Translations under genes and position numbers: made by a program | The notes under the pieces: generated by a model | The model's database searches: none | Told to the model about the DNA's origin: nothing | The model's input: the letters and a program-made list of their open reading frames with translations, nothing else | Source: Acholeplasma sp. | GTDB lineage: Bacteria; Bacillota_I; Bacilli_A; Acholeplasmatales; UBA5453 | DNA length: 64,000 nt | Reading direction: 5' to 3' | NCBI GenBank assembly: GCA_036677365.1 | Contig: JAVBWN010000025.1 | Span: 14,301-78,300 of the forward strand | Part shown: positions 48,689 to 57,381 of the stretch, in pieces | Layout of the letters: each line of letters opens with the position of its first letter | How positions within the stretch are numbered: the stretch's first letter is position 1

Positions 48689-51255
48689 ACTATTCTGATT
48701 CCGAGGTTAATATCTATCATCCTCTGTGTGAAACAGCTCTAAAGTTAGCATTAAAAGAATTACGACTTAGTGATTCATATAGTGTGATTCATCATCAATA
48801 TGCCGGATCACTTGAAATGGACTATGTTATAGAGAACAATAGTACTAAGAAAATACTTTGCGTTGTTGAAGTAAAAAGAACACCAAATGACGTACAAAGC
48901 ACTCGGTTTCAATACCAAGCGATGTCGTATATTCAGCAACTTTTTTATAGATTAGAAAAGCCATATTATTTAATTACAAATTTAGAAAAAGCTTATTCGT
49001 TTAGATATGATAATCAAAATCCTCAACCATATCAACAAATGTTATCTCCAGGTTTAATATCAATTGGAGATTTTTCAAGTTCTACTAACAGTACCGAGCA
49101 CATCAAAAAGCTTGTGAAATTTTTCAAAAAATACATATATGATGTCATGGCAGATAATTACGAATATTACCTTACACTTACAAATTTTTCAAACCTAATT
49201 GAAGACATTAAAGATAGCGATACAAGTTGGAAATCCAATATTGCAGTATTATTGTATGAGTACATAAGGGGTTCATTTTATGCTATATCAAGATTTGAGT
49301 TAAGAGACATAAGAGCCTTTAACAACAATTTGAAAAAGATCTGTTTGGAAGCTTCTAAGATAAATTTCTCACAGATTTTCAATTTTGATTATCAAAATTA
49401 TCCTGTGAATTCTGTTGTAGATAACAGATTATTAGAAAGTTTATTCAATTTTGCAAAAACGAATATAAATGGTGATTTAGTTTCAAATATTATCCATTCA
49501 GTTATCTCAGAGGGAAATGAACATAACGGTGAAGTATCAACAGATCCAGAGTTAGCTAAATTTGCTTCTTTATTAGCCAAATTGTATATTGGAGAAATAG
49601 ATGAGAGTGATTATATTTGCGACCCAGCAGCAGGTAGTGGAAATTTGCTTGAGTCTGCAATTTCGGTTTTTAATATTGAACCAAAGCAAATAATCGCAAA
49701 TGATGTAAATAGAAAATACTCCGAATTATTGAGTTTGAGATTAGGACTTTCTTTGCCTAACCTTGTGAAAATTGATAATTCACCTAAAGTATATTCTGAG
49801 AACCTGGCTGATTTAGATAAATCTTTATTCACAAACGTTAAAGTTATCTTGGTTAATCCACCATATTTAGCTGGGATTTACTCTGCGCAAAGAAAGAATG
49901 AATTAGTATTAAGCATGGAAACCAAATTAAACTTTACTTCTGAGTTGAATTTTGGACAAATGGGTTTAGAGTGTATTTTTATTGAGTATTTGACTAGAGT
50001 GTCAAGTAATAACTCAGTAATTTCATGTATCATGCCAAAGCAGCTATTGGTTTCTCGAGGACCAGAGGCAATAAAGTTTCGGGAATTCTTGTTAAACAGA
50101 TTTGGATTATCTGCAATTTTTAATTATCCTGGGTCTGGACTATTTGATTCAGTAACTAAAGACACAGTAATTCTAGTTGGCCAAAAAGGAAAAATCCCTA
50201 ACAAAGTGTCTTCAATCTCATGCTTAACTCAAATAGTCGACATTGATTCAAGCTCTATGTTTGAGTATCTTGTAACGCAGCCTGATTTACCATCAAGTTA
50301 CAGATCAATTATTCCTGGTGTAGAGGCAATGAATGTTAATAGACAAACGTTAGTTGAGAGTGTTATCGATGGATGGCGATTTATTAACACTGAGTCCATT
50401 GAAGCAATAAATTTTTGTCGTGATAATTTGTTCTCTAACGAAAAACTTATTCCATTTAATACGATTACAAATCTATTTAATTCGTATAGAGGAACGATTG
50501 GAAACTCAGGCCTTAGTGACTTACTTTTCTTTAATTCTTCACACAAATACTCTCAATTATATGAGCAATATAAATTACTAACTCAAGACGGAATTTCAGC
50601 ACTTAGAAACTCTGATTCGCTTGATCAAATGATAATTAACCAGGGAGATTCGGTCATGGTAAACTGGAATAACCCTAGCTTGAATGCTTCGATTTGTAGC
50701 GTCATAGATGATTATCTTCAAATTCCATTGAGCCCTGGCAAACAATTAAAGAAGTTAAAGAATCACATGGAGATTTCTAAAATATTAATAAAATCGACAT
50801 CAAAATTATCATCACAATATTCTATAGCGATACCAAGGGATTTACGGAGAAATGGAAGAGTCTTTTTTGCAACTGTACAAATGTATTTTTCAACGAATTT
50901 TGTCGTTATTGAAATTAGTAATTTTAGAGACGGAGTTATCATTGCAAGCTGGATTTCTTCAGTTTTCTATCAATTAATTTGTGAAATTTCATCCAAAGAT
51001 AACGAAGGAACCAGAAAGATGGAAATTGCTGATTTAGATGCTACTTACATCGTTAATCCGAATAATATAAATGATGATCTTTTTAATAGAATTTTGCACT
51101 TATCAGATAGTTTAGGATTCATTGATTTACAGAATCCAGAACCTCGTGATATTGACATATTGTGGGCTAAGTTTTTATTTCAAGATGATTGGGAGACAAA
51201 ATTAGAAAAATCAGTTGAATTGTTAAGTAATCTTGCCACAAAACGGAATTTGTAG
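48679..51255 (+). CDS. type IIG restriction endonuclease-methyltransferase fusion (BpuSI-like)
   Basis: N-terminal PD-(D/E)xK 'MDYVI...VEVKRT' with a BpuSI-like start 'YSDSEV..YHP.CE.AL'; 'DPAAGSGNLL' and 'VNPPY'. Confidence 0.8.
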   Translation: MWINYSDSEVNIYHPLCETALKLALKELRLSDSYSVIHHQYAGSLEMDYVIENNSTKKILCVVEVKRTPNDVQSTRFQYQAMSYIQQLFYRLEKPYYLITNLEKAYSFRYDNQNPQPYQQMLSPGLISIGDFSSSTNSTEHIKKLVKFFKKYIYDVMADNYEYYLTLTNFSNLIEDIKDSDTSWKSNIAVLLYEYIRGSFYAISRFELRDIRAFNNNLKKICLEASKINFSQIFNFDYQNYPVNSVVDNRLLESLFNFAKTNINGDLVSNIIHSVISEGNEHNGEVSTDPELAKFASLLAKLYIGEIDESDYICDPAAGSGNLLESAISVFNIEPKQIIANDVNRKYSELLSLRLGLSLPNLVKIDNSPKVYSENLADLDKSLFTNVKVILVNPPYLAGIYSAQRKNELVLSMETKLNFTSELNFGQMGLECIFIEYLTRVSSNNSVISCIMPKQLLVSRGPEAIKFREFLLNRFGLSAIFNYPGSGLFDSVTKDTVILVGQKGKIPNKVSSISCLTQIVDIDSSSMFEYLVTQPDLPSSYRSIIPGVEAMNVNRQTLVESVIDGWRFINTESIEAINFCRDNLFSNEKLIPFNTITNLFNSYRGTIGNSGLSDLLFFNSSHKYSQLYEQYKLLTQDGISALRNSDSLDQMIINQGDSVMVNWNNPSLNASICSVIDDYLQIPLSPGKQLKKLKNHMEISKILIKSTSKLSSQYSIAIPRDLRRNGRVFFATVQMYFSTNFVVIEISNFRDGVIIASWISSVFYQLICEISSKDNEGTRKMEIADLDATYIVNPNNINDDLFNRILHLSDSLGFIDLQNPEPRDIDILWAKFLFQDDWETKLEKSVELLSNLATKRNL

Positions 51256-51324
51256 TTGTTATCATGAATCATTGTCTGATTTTTTTACAAACCTATGGAG
51301 ATTTTATTTGATTGATGAAATTGG

Positions 51325-52350
51325 GTGATTTTTATTAAATTTAAATTTGCAAAGATATCAAAAGATATATATAGAACAACTGATGAATATTTTTTTGCGA
51401 GTAAAGATTCTATTTTTGGAATTATGCCTTACATAAAGACTGAATATGATTCACATGAAAGAACACACAATTACTATGTTGGTATGACCATAAAAGAGTG
51501 TAATACTGATGAAAACGGGCATTTACAAGTAAAAAAGGTTTTGAGACAATCAAACAAGCAATTTACTTTACACACTGAATTATTAAAAGAAGTTGTCAAT
51601 ATTGAAGCAGGATTACTTGAAAAAATATCAAAGCGTGATTTTGATGAGCTTTTCAGCGATGTTTTTGATTTTGAATACGATCCCAAGGTAACGTATATTA
51701 GATTAGCAGATTTGAACAATCGTCTTAAAAAGTACTTACTGTCTTTTGACACTTTAGTTTTGGAAGAAGATGTTATTTTTAATGCAGAGTTAAAAACAAG
51801 ACATAGACTTTTATCTCGTTTCAAAGAAGAATTAGTAAAATCCCTAAATGAAAACGAGCATTACATTGAGAAGGTATTAAAAAAATACCAAGGATTTTTA
51901 CCGTTAATAATTCCTGGTCTCGATGGTGTGGCGGAGTTTCAATATGTTATCGATAATGATGAGTTTCCCGTTAATAGAATTGATATCAAGTTTGATAATC
52001 AGGTGGATTTTCCTAATATTATTGAACTTAAAAGAGCTGACACATTACTTTTCAAGAAAAACGAATATCGAAATAACACATGCAAGTTAACTTCCGAGTT
52101 TTCGAATGCAATACAGCAGACGAATATCCAACGGAATATGATGTCTGCAAAGGAAGTTAAGCCTAGTAAAGTACTAGTGAAATCTTTTTTGCTAATTGGT
52201 AATATTGAAAAAGAGGTTGAAATGCATAGTATTAGTTCCGATATAGTTAGGCTTAATTTAAATATAGTTAGGTATAATAATAAAGACTGCGACATTATTA
52301 CTTATGATCAGTTAATTAATCGTTTACAAATGTTGTTAGACAAGAATTGA
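51325..52350 (+). CDS. Shedu (SduA/DUF4263) anti-phage nuclease
   Basis: C-terminal 'ID...IIELKRAD.LLF...YRN..LTSEFSNAIQQ...LLIG...IITYDQL'. Confidence 0.78.
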   Translation: MIFIKFKFAKISKDIYRTTDEYFFASKDSIFGIMPYIKTEYDSHERTHNYYVGMTIKECNTDENGHLQVKKVLRQSNKQFTLHTELLKEVVNIEAGLLEKISKRDFDELFSDVFDFEYDPKVTYIRLADLNNRLKKYLLSFDTLVLEEDVIFNAELKTRHRLLSRFKEELVKSLNENEHYIEKVLKKYQGFLPLIIPGLDGVAEFQYVIDNDEFPVNRIDIKFDNQVDFPNIIELKRADTLLFKKNEYRNNTCKLTSEFSNAIQQTNIQRNMMSAKEVKPSKVLVKSFLLIGNIEKEVEMHSISSDIVRLNLNIVRYNNKDCDIITYDQLINRLQMLLDKN

Positions 52351-52361
52351 AAGTATCTTTT

Positions 52362-52447
52362 CCGATAATCCTTGTGAACAGTAATGCCAACTATACGGCA
52401 AGATAATATCAATTATGTATAAAGTAGTTGTCAACTATGCTTCAAGT
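52362..52447 (+). repeat. 86-bp element with 11-bp periodicity, copy 2
   Basis: Homologous to 43425-43510. Confidence 0.85.
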
Positions 52448-52490
52448 ACTATGGCAAGAAACGTTAAAAAGCGCGACTTTACTAAGATTA

Positions 52491-52535
52491 TTGTGCCGCT
52501 GGCATGTAGACAAAAATTGACATATTTCATATACT
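52491..52535 (+). promoter_or_regulatory. class-B promoter, copy 2 (late promoter)
   Basis: TTGTGCCGCTGGCATG-TAGACA-17 bp-TATACT. Confidence 0.7.
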
Positions 52536-52578
52536 ACAATTAGCGTGGAATACTGGCTTTAGATGAAGCCTAGAAGAT

Positions 52579-52612
52579 AGGAACTCTCAAATGTGAGGGT
52601 TCCTTTTCTTTT
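52579..52612 (+). terminator. terminator in the late leader
   Basis: AGGAACTCTCA-AATG-TGAGGGTTCCT-TTTCTTTT. Confidence 0.8.
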
Positions 52613-52693
52613 GCAGAAAAAAATGTAGTATTCAACCCTTGGATAACTTCAGTTTTGAATAAAATTACTGAACCCTGAAAGGTTGGAATCGAT

Positions 52694-53212
52694 GTGCCAA
52701 AGGTACTGGATACATATCAGCAATGGGAGGCTGATGGAGTACTTGATGAAAGAATAAAAAGCATTCAAGATATGGTAGCAAGGCGGATTATCCAAAAGGA
52801 TATCGCTAAAGCCATGAACTTAAGTGAGAACACTTTGATAAAATTGAAGCGTGCTCATCCAAGGCTAAATCAAGCATTTATCAATGGTGATGATGAACTT
52901 AAGTATAAACTCATGGATGCTCTATTCCAACGTGCAGTTGGTATGGAGTATGAGGAAATACAAACCATCATTGAAGAAACACCAGCGGGGACGAAGAAGA
53001 AACTTGTTAAAACTAAGAAAAGAGCTCTTCCCGATTTTAATGCTATCAAATACTTATTAATTATTAAGTTCGGACGAGAATACAACGAACGTAAAGAAGA
53101 AATAGACATCATGCTGAAACGCATAGAAAAAGGCGAGGAAACTTGGATTAATGAACATAGTGATGAAGAAACCCTCGGAGTTGTTAATATACGAAAACAA
53201 CCCAAGAAATAA
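52694..53212 (+). CDS. phage HTH protein, terminase-small-subunit-like
   Basis: HTH 'QKDIAKAMNLSENTL' plus 'ALFQRAVGMEYEE...PDFNAIKYLL'. Confidence 0.6.
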   Translation: MPKVLDTYQQWEADGVLDERIKSIQDMVARRIIQKDIAKAMNLSENTLIKLKRAHPRLNQAFINGDDELKYKLMDALFQRAVGMEYEEIQTIIEETPAGTKKKLVKTKKRALPDFNAIKYLLIIKFGREYNERKEEIDIMLKRIEKGEETWINEHSDEETLGVVNIRKQPKK

Positions 53213-54362
53213 TGATGCTGCTGTCGATGCTGTAGCTAATAGTATCAAAGAGTTCGGATTCAAGGTTCCGATAGTGATCACCAAGGATCTAGTAATAATT
53301 GCCGGCCACACTAGGCTCAAAGCAAGCCTTAAGCTGGGATTAACAAGTGTTCCTTGTATTGTTGCTGATGACCTCACAGAAGGGCAAATTAAGGCCTTTC
53401 GTTTGGCAGATAACAAGACTGCAGAACTTGCTACCTGGGATTTCAGTAAACTAGAAGCAGAACTCTCGAATATTGATATTGATATGCTTCAGTTCGGGTT
53501 TGAAGAGTTAGAGTCAGATATTCCAGATAATGCTAGTGATGATGACTTTGATCCTTCTGATGAAATAAGTGAAACACCTTATTCTGAATTAGGGGATATT
53601 TATCTATTAGCGAATCACCGAGTCATGTGTGGTGATGCAACCAAGAAGCAAGATGTTCAAAAACTCCTGGATGGACAAAAGATTGATATGATCTTTACGG
53701 ATCCACCATACAATGTGGACTATGAAGGTACAGCTGGAAAGATTAAGAATGACAAGATAGAAGATAACAGCTTCTATCTTTTTTTATATGATGCATTTAC
53801 GAATATGTTTGAAGCAACCAAAGCTGGTGGAGCCATCTATGTATGCCATGCAGATACTGAAGGAATCAACTTTAGAAATGCGTTCAAAAATGCCGGTTTC
53901 AAACTAGCCGAGTGCTTAGTCTGGGTTAAGAATGCCTTAGTACTAGGTAGACAAGATTATCACTGGAGACACGAACCTATTCTTTACGGATGGAAGGAAG
54001 GTGCAGCGCATTACTTTATTGATGACCGCACACAAGACACCATCTGGGAATATAACAAACCCAAACGAAATGAAGACCATCCAACGATGAAACCTCTCGA
54101 GCTCTGTGGAAGAGCTATCGCGAATTCATCAAGAGTGAATGAATGCGTATTGGATTTGTTCGGTGGTTCTGGATCAACTATGATCGCATCCGATCAGCTT
54201 CAAAGGAAATCATTATCAATGGAACTCGATGAAAGATTCGTAGATGTGATTGTAAAAAGATATATAAGACACAAAGGATCAAGTGACAATTGCTATCTGA
54301 TCCGAGGTGGAAAGAAGATAGAATTAAACATAATTGATAACTTTCAGAATTTGTCTCTATAG
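53151..54362 (+). CDS. ParB-N domain / N6-N4 DNA methyltransferase fusion
   Basis: 'NNPRNND..SIKEFGFKVPI..IIAGHTR', 'FTDPPYN', 'HPTMKP' and 'LDLFGGSGST'. Confidence 0.93.
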   Translation: MNIVMKKPSELLIYENNPRNNDAAVDAVANSIKEFGFKVPIVITKDLVIIAGHTRLKASLKLGLTSVPCIVADDLTEGQIKAFRLADNKTAELATWDFSKLEAELSNIDIDMLQFGFEELESDIPDNASDDDFDPSDEISETPYSELGDIYLLANHRVMCGDATKKQDVQKLLDGQKIDMIFTDPPYNVDYEGTAGKIKNDKIEDNSFYLFLYDAFTNMFEATKAGGAIYVCHADTEGINFRNAFKNAGFKLAECLVWVKNALVLGRQDYHWRHEPILYGWKEGAAHYFIDDRTQDTIWEYNKPKRNEDHPTMKPLELCGRAIANSSRVNECVLDLFGGSGSTMIASDQLQRKSLSMELDERFVDVIVKRYIRHKGSSDNCYLIRGGKKIELNIIDNFQNLSL

Positions 54363-54380
54363 TGAGCAAAACTCGTCGAA

Positions 54381-54424
54381 TTGACTTGCTATTTATAGCC
54401 TTTAGAGTGATATATATAGTAACC
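54381..54424 (+). promoter_or_regulatory. class-A promoter motif, copy 2
   Basis: TTGACTTGCTATTTATAGCCTTTAGAGTGATATATATAGTAACC. Confidence 0.75.
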
Positions 54425-54452
54425 CAATTAGGTTAGAAAAGAGGAGTTAACG

Positions 54453-54779
54453 ATGAAAGTTAAATTTGAAACGAATACATGCAAAGAACAAGTTGTACCG
54501 CAGGATAATTATGTAATTGAAAAGCTAGTTGAATTACCACTTAAGCAGTTTAATAAGTTTTTAGATAATATGCTTGGTGATTACAACTTCATAAAAGCAC
54601 ATAAAGATTTGATGTACACAGATAGCAACAACGTTTGGCACGCAATTATAGTAACCACTAAAGAAATAGACTATGGAATTCTAGTTCAAGCCGATGGCGC
54701 TAGTTATGCTAAAAACTCAGCATTTATCAGAAAAGATGAAGTTGGAGGATTCGGTGATGGAAAAGCAAATAACGCTTAG
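54453..54779 (+). CDS. small phage protein (DUF6329-like)
   Basis: 'DYNFIKAHKDLMY.D..VWHAI.V..YGILVQADG'; paralog of 55573. Confidence 0.6.
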   Translation: MKVKFETNTCKEQVVPQDNYVIEKLVELPLKQFNKFLDNMLGDYNFIKAHKDLMYTDSNNVWHAIIVTTKEIDYGILVQADGASYAKNSAFIRKDEVGGFGDGKANNA

Positions 54780-55185
54780 TCAATGGATTCAATACTTTAA
54801 TCAAGGTGAGTTCGATAATAAAGATACTCAAACACAAATCAAAGCTAGATGGTTCGATTGGTTTTGTAAGGATTCGAGTCTAGCAAATAAAACAAAAAAG
54901 ATGGGAAACATCATCAAGCAAATCAAGGCCGGTGGAAAGGTTGACCTTGAGACAAGTTATGTGTGGTTTAAGAACAACTGCCCGTTAAACGGTCCACTCT
55001 ACGATGATTTCAGAATCGCAGACATCGAAACAAATAATAATCTTATCGTAGTTCAGATTGATTGTGAATGGAATGATTTCAAGTATACAGCCTACGAAAG
55101 ATTGGATGGGTTTGAAAAACCGGTATTTGAATCAAACTCATCAAGAGAACTTGTTAAATGGTTGAATCAAGGATGGACAAAGTAA
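54757..55185 (+). CDS. hypothetical phage protein
   Basis: GGTGA RBS; 'WFDWFCKDSSL' and 'FKNNCPLNGPLYDDFRI'. Confidence 0.7.
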   Translation: MEKQITLSQWIQYFNQGEFDNKDTQTQIKARWFDWFCKDSSLANKTKKMGNIIKQIKAGGKVDLETSYVWFKNNCPLNGPLYDDFRIADIETNNNLIVVQIDCEWNDFKYTAYERLDGFEKPVFESNSSRELVKWLNQGWTK

Positions 55186-55559
55186 TGTTTAAAGAATACA
55201 ATGCTCACCCAAAGGGAATCAAAACAACCGATTGTGTGGTTAGAGCCATCAGCACTGCTATGAATAAAGACTACATGGAGTGCAGAAGAGAGCTTAACCA
55301 GTTCAAACGAGAGTGGAATTTTGCTAGTTATAAAGATACCGAATGCTTATACAAATACTTTGAGAACAGACCGCGATTGATATTTAAAGCAATCAAAGGT
55401 CAACCAAGAATCAAAGGTACTGATTTCACTGAGCTTTATCCAAAAGGAACCTTCATTCTTAAAATGACTGGACACATAACAGTATGTAAAGATGGTGTTA
55501 TTTTGGATACTTGGGATTGCACGTACCGAAGTGTTTATACTGCATGGAAAATAGAGTAG
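55185..55559 (+). CDS. hypothetical phage protein (papain-like Cys/His/Asp pattern)
   Basis: 'DCVVRAIS...GHITVCKDGVILDTWD'. Confidence 0.6.
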   Translation: MFKEYNAHPKGIKTTDCVVRAISTAMNKDYMECRRELNQFKREWNFASYKDTECLYKYFENRPRLIFKAIKGQPRIKGTDFTELYPKGTFILKMTGHITVCKDGVILDTWDCTYRSVYTAWKIE

Positions 55560-55572
55560 AAAGATTATCAAA

Positions 55573-55869
55573 ATGAAAACCAATTTTATACGTAAAGCAA
55601 CATCAACAGAACTCATTCCTCATGATGAGTTTGTTATCGAAAAACAAGTAGTCATCGATAAAGACTTATTCGAGTGTTTCATCAAGGATCCACTGAACGA
55701 TTACGATTTCATCAAAGAGAATCTAGAACATATGTATTGTGACCAAGATGAGGTATTTCATTGTATCCTGGTTACATCAGAATCCCATGACTTTGGTATT
55801 CTAATCGAAAGTGAAGGATATCATTACGCGAGATACACAGCCTATCTACCGAAGGCAGTATTAAAATAA
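55573..55869 (+). CDS. small phage protein (DUF6329-like)
   Basis: 'DYDFIKEN..MYCD..VFHCILV..GILIESEGYHYARY'. Confidence 0.65.
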   Translation: MKTNFIRKATSTELIPHDEFVIEKQVVIDKDLFECFIKDPLNDYDFIKENLEHMYCDQDEVFHCILVTSESHDFGILIESEGYHYARYTAYLPKAVLK

Positions 55870-55893
55870 CAAATACAAATCAAAGTAAATTAC

Positions 55894-55916
55894 GGAAGCT
55901 AAGGCTTCCTTTTCTT
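55894..55916 (+). terminator. terminator closing the 54.4-55.9 kb cassette
   Basis: GGAAGC-TAAG-GCTTCC-TTTTCTT. Confidence 0.7.
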
Positions 55917-55933
55917 GCTAGAAAGAGGACAAC

Positions 55934-57073
55934 ATGAAAATCATAACAAGCGAATCGGTCTTTAGCGGACATCCGGATAAAATATGTGACCAAATCAGTG
56001 ATGCAATATTAGATGCAATTCTGGAACAAGACCAAGCAGCACGAGTTGCAGTAGAAACAGCAATTAAGGATGACTTAGTGGTTATCTTTGGTGAAGTGAC
56101 AACCACTGCAACGGTTGAGTATTCATTAGTAGCAAGGCAAGTACTCAAAGATATCGGATATATAGAAGATTTTACAGTCTTAGAAAAAATATCCAAACAG
56201 TCACCAGATATTGCACAAGGTGTTAATGAAACACTAGATCATCAACAAGGCGCAGGTGATCAGGGAATGATGTATGGTTTCGCATGCAATGAAACACCAG
56301 AACTGATGCCACTTCCGATTGTAGTTGCACATGAGATTGCTAAAGAAGTAGATGCACTTAGAAAAGCTAAGTACAATCATATCTTTGGTCCAGATGGAAA
56401 ATGCCAAGTATCCGTTAGATATATTGATGGGAAACCTTTTGCTTATGACACGATTATTGTTTCAGCTCAAACGAGACCAGATGCAAGCCTATCACTCGCA
56501 AAAGAAATCATCATTGAAGAAGTACTCAAACCATTGATTGGTAAAGATCTGTCAGGTATTAATGTCTTAATCAATCCAACAGGAGCATTCGTCATTGGAG
56601 GTCCTTATGGTGATTCAGGATTAACAGGTAGAAAGATAATCGTAGACACTTATGGTGGATATGCAAAACATGGTGGAGGAGCCTTTTCTGGCAAGGACGT
56701 AAGCAAGGTTGATCGCAGTGCGAGTTATTATGCCAGATTCGTAGCAAAAGCCCTTGTGGAGGCAGAATTAGCCGACACGTGCGAAGTTTGTGTGTCTTAT
56801 TCAATAGGCGTAGCAAACCCCGTAGCAGTATCCATTGATACCTTTGGTACTGGTAAGCTATCTGATGATCAATTACTAGAACTAGTTAATCAACACTTTG
56901 ATTTCACTCCATCAAACATTCGTAAAGAACTAGAGTTTGAAAAAGTGAAGTTTCAAAAGTTAGCAGCCTATGGACACATGGGACGTGAAGATTTACTTGT
57001 TCGATGGGAGCATGTAGAAGATAAAGCAGCTGAACTAAAAGTAGCCTATGAAAAAGCCAAAGGTTCTACATAA
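55934..57073 (+). CDS. metK: S-adenosylmethionine synthetase (prophage-borne)
   Basis: 'TSESV..GHPDKICDQISD', 'GAGDQG', 'GLTGRKIIVDTYGG' and 'GGGAFSGKD'. Confidence 0.97.
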   Translation: MKIITSESVFSGHPDKICDQISDAILDAILEQDQAARVAVETAIKDDLVVIFGEVTTTATVEYSLVARQVLKDIGYIEDFTVLEKISKQSPDIAQGVNETLDHQQGAGDQGMMYGFACNETPELMPLPIVVAHEIAKEVDALRKAKYNHIFGPDGKCQVSVRYIDGKPFAYDTIIVSAQTRPDASLSLAKEIIIEEVLKPLIGKDLSGINVLINPTGAFVIGGPYGDSGLTGRKIIVDTYGGYAKHGGGAFSGKDVSKVDRSASYYARFVAKALVEAELADTCEVCVSYSIGVANPVAVSIDTFGTGKLSDDQLLELVNQHFDFTPSNIRKELEFEKVKFQKLAAYGHMGREDLLVRWEHVEDKAAELKVAYEKAKGST

Positions 57074-57344
57074 CTTCTATAAGTCACCTGCATGGCTTGC
57101 CGCTCGTGAACTAAAGATAGTGTCAGTTAATAGCCTTTGTGAACGATGTGGACAGATTGGAATTGAAGTTCATCACAAGAAAAGACTAACAGTAGATAAT
57201 GTAAATGATTCATCTATCAGTCTAAATCAAGATAACTTGGAGTTGCTTTGTAGAGATTGTCATAATAAAGAGCACAAACGCTTTAGTAAGGAAGTTAAGT
57301 TCGATTCAGATGGAAACCTAATAAATCTTGAAAAACATCGGTAA
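57048..57344 (+). CDS. terminase-associated HNH endonuclease
   Basis: 'FYKSPAW', 'CERC', 'EVHH' and 'NLELLCRDCHNKEH'. Confidence 0.92.
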   Translation: MKKPKVLHNFYKSPAWLAARELKIVSVNSLCERCGQIGIEVHHKKRLTVDNVNDSSISLNQDNLELLCRDCHNKEHKRFSKEVKFDSDGNLINLEKHR

Positions 57345-57381
57345 AATAAGTATTGTTTGATATAATATTTATAAAAGGTGG

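Noticed and set aside
44923..52350. DISARM or BREX call for the methyltransferase cluster
   Set aside because: No helicase, DUF1998, PLD, PglZ or BrxC ATPase genes. The organisation fits type IIG R-M plus Shedu.
40282..52509. 19-bp inverted boxes as ends of an invertible segment or transposon
   Set aside because: There is no transposase or target duplication, and the fixed spacing to -35/-10 in both copies favours a regulatory site. Inversion is not excluded without long reads.
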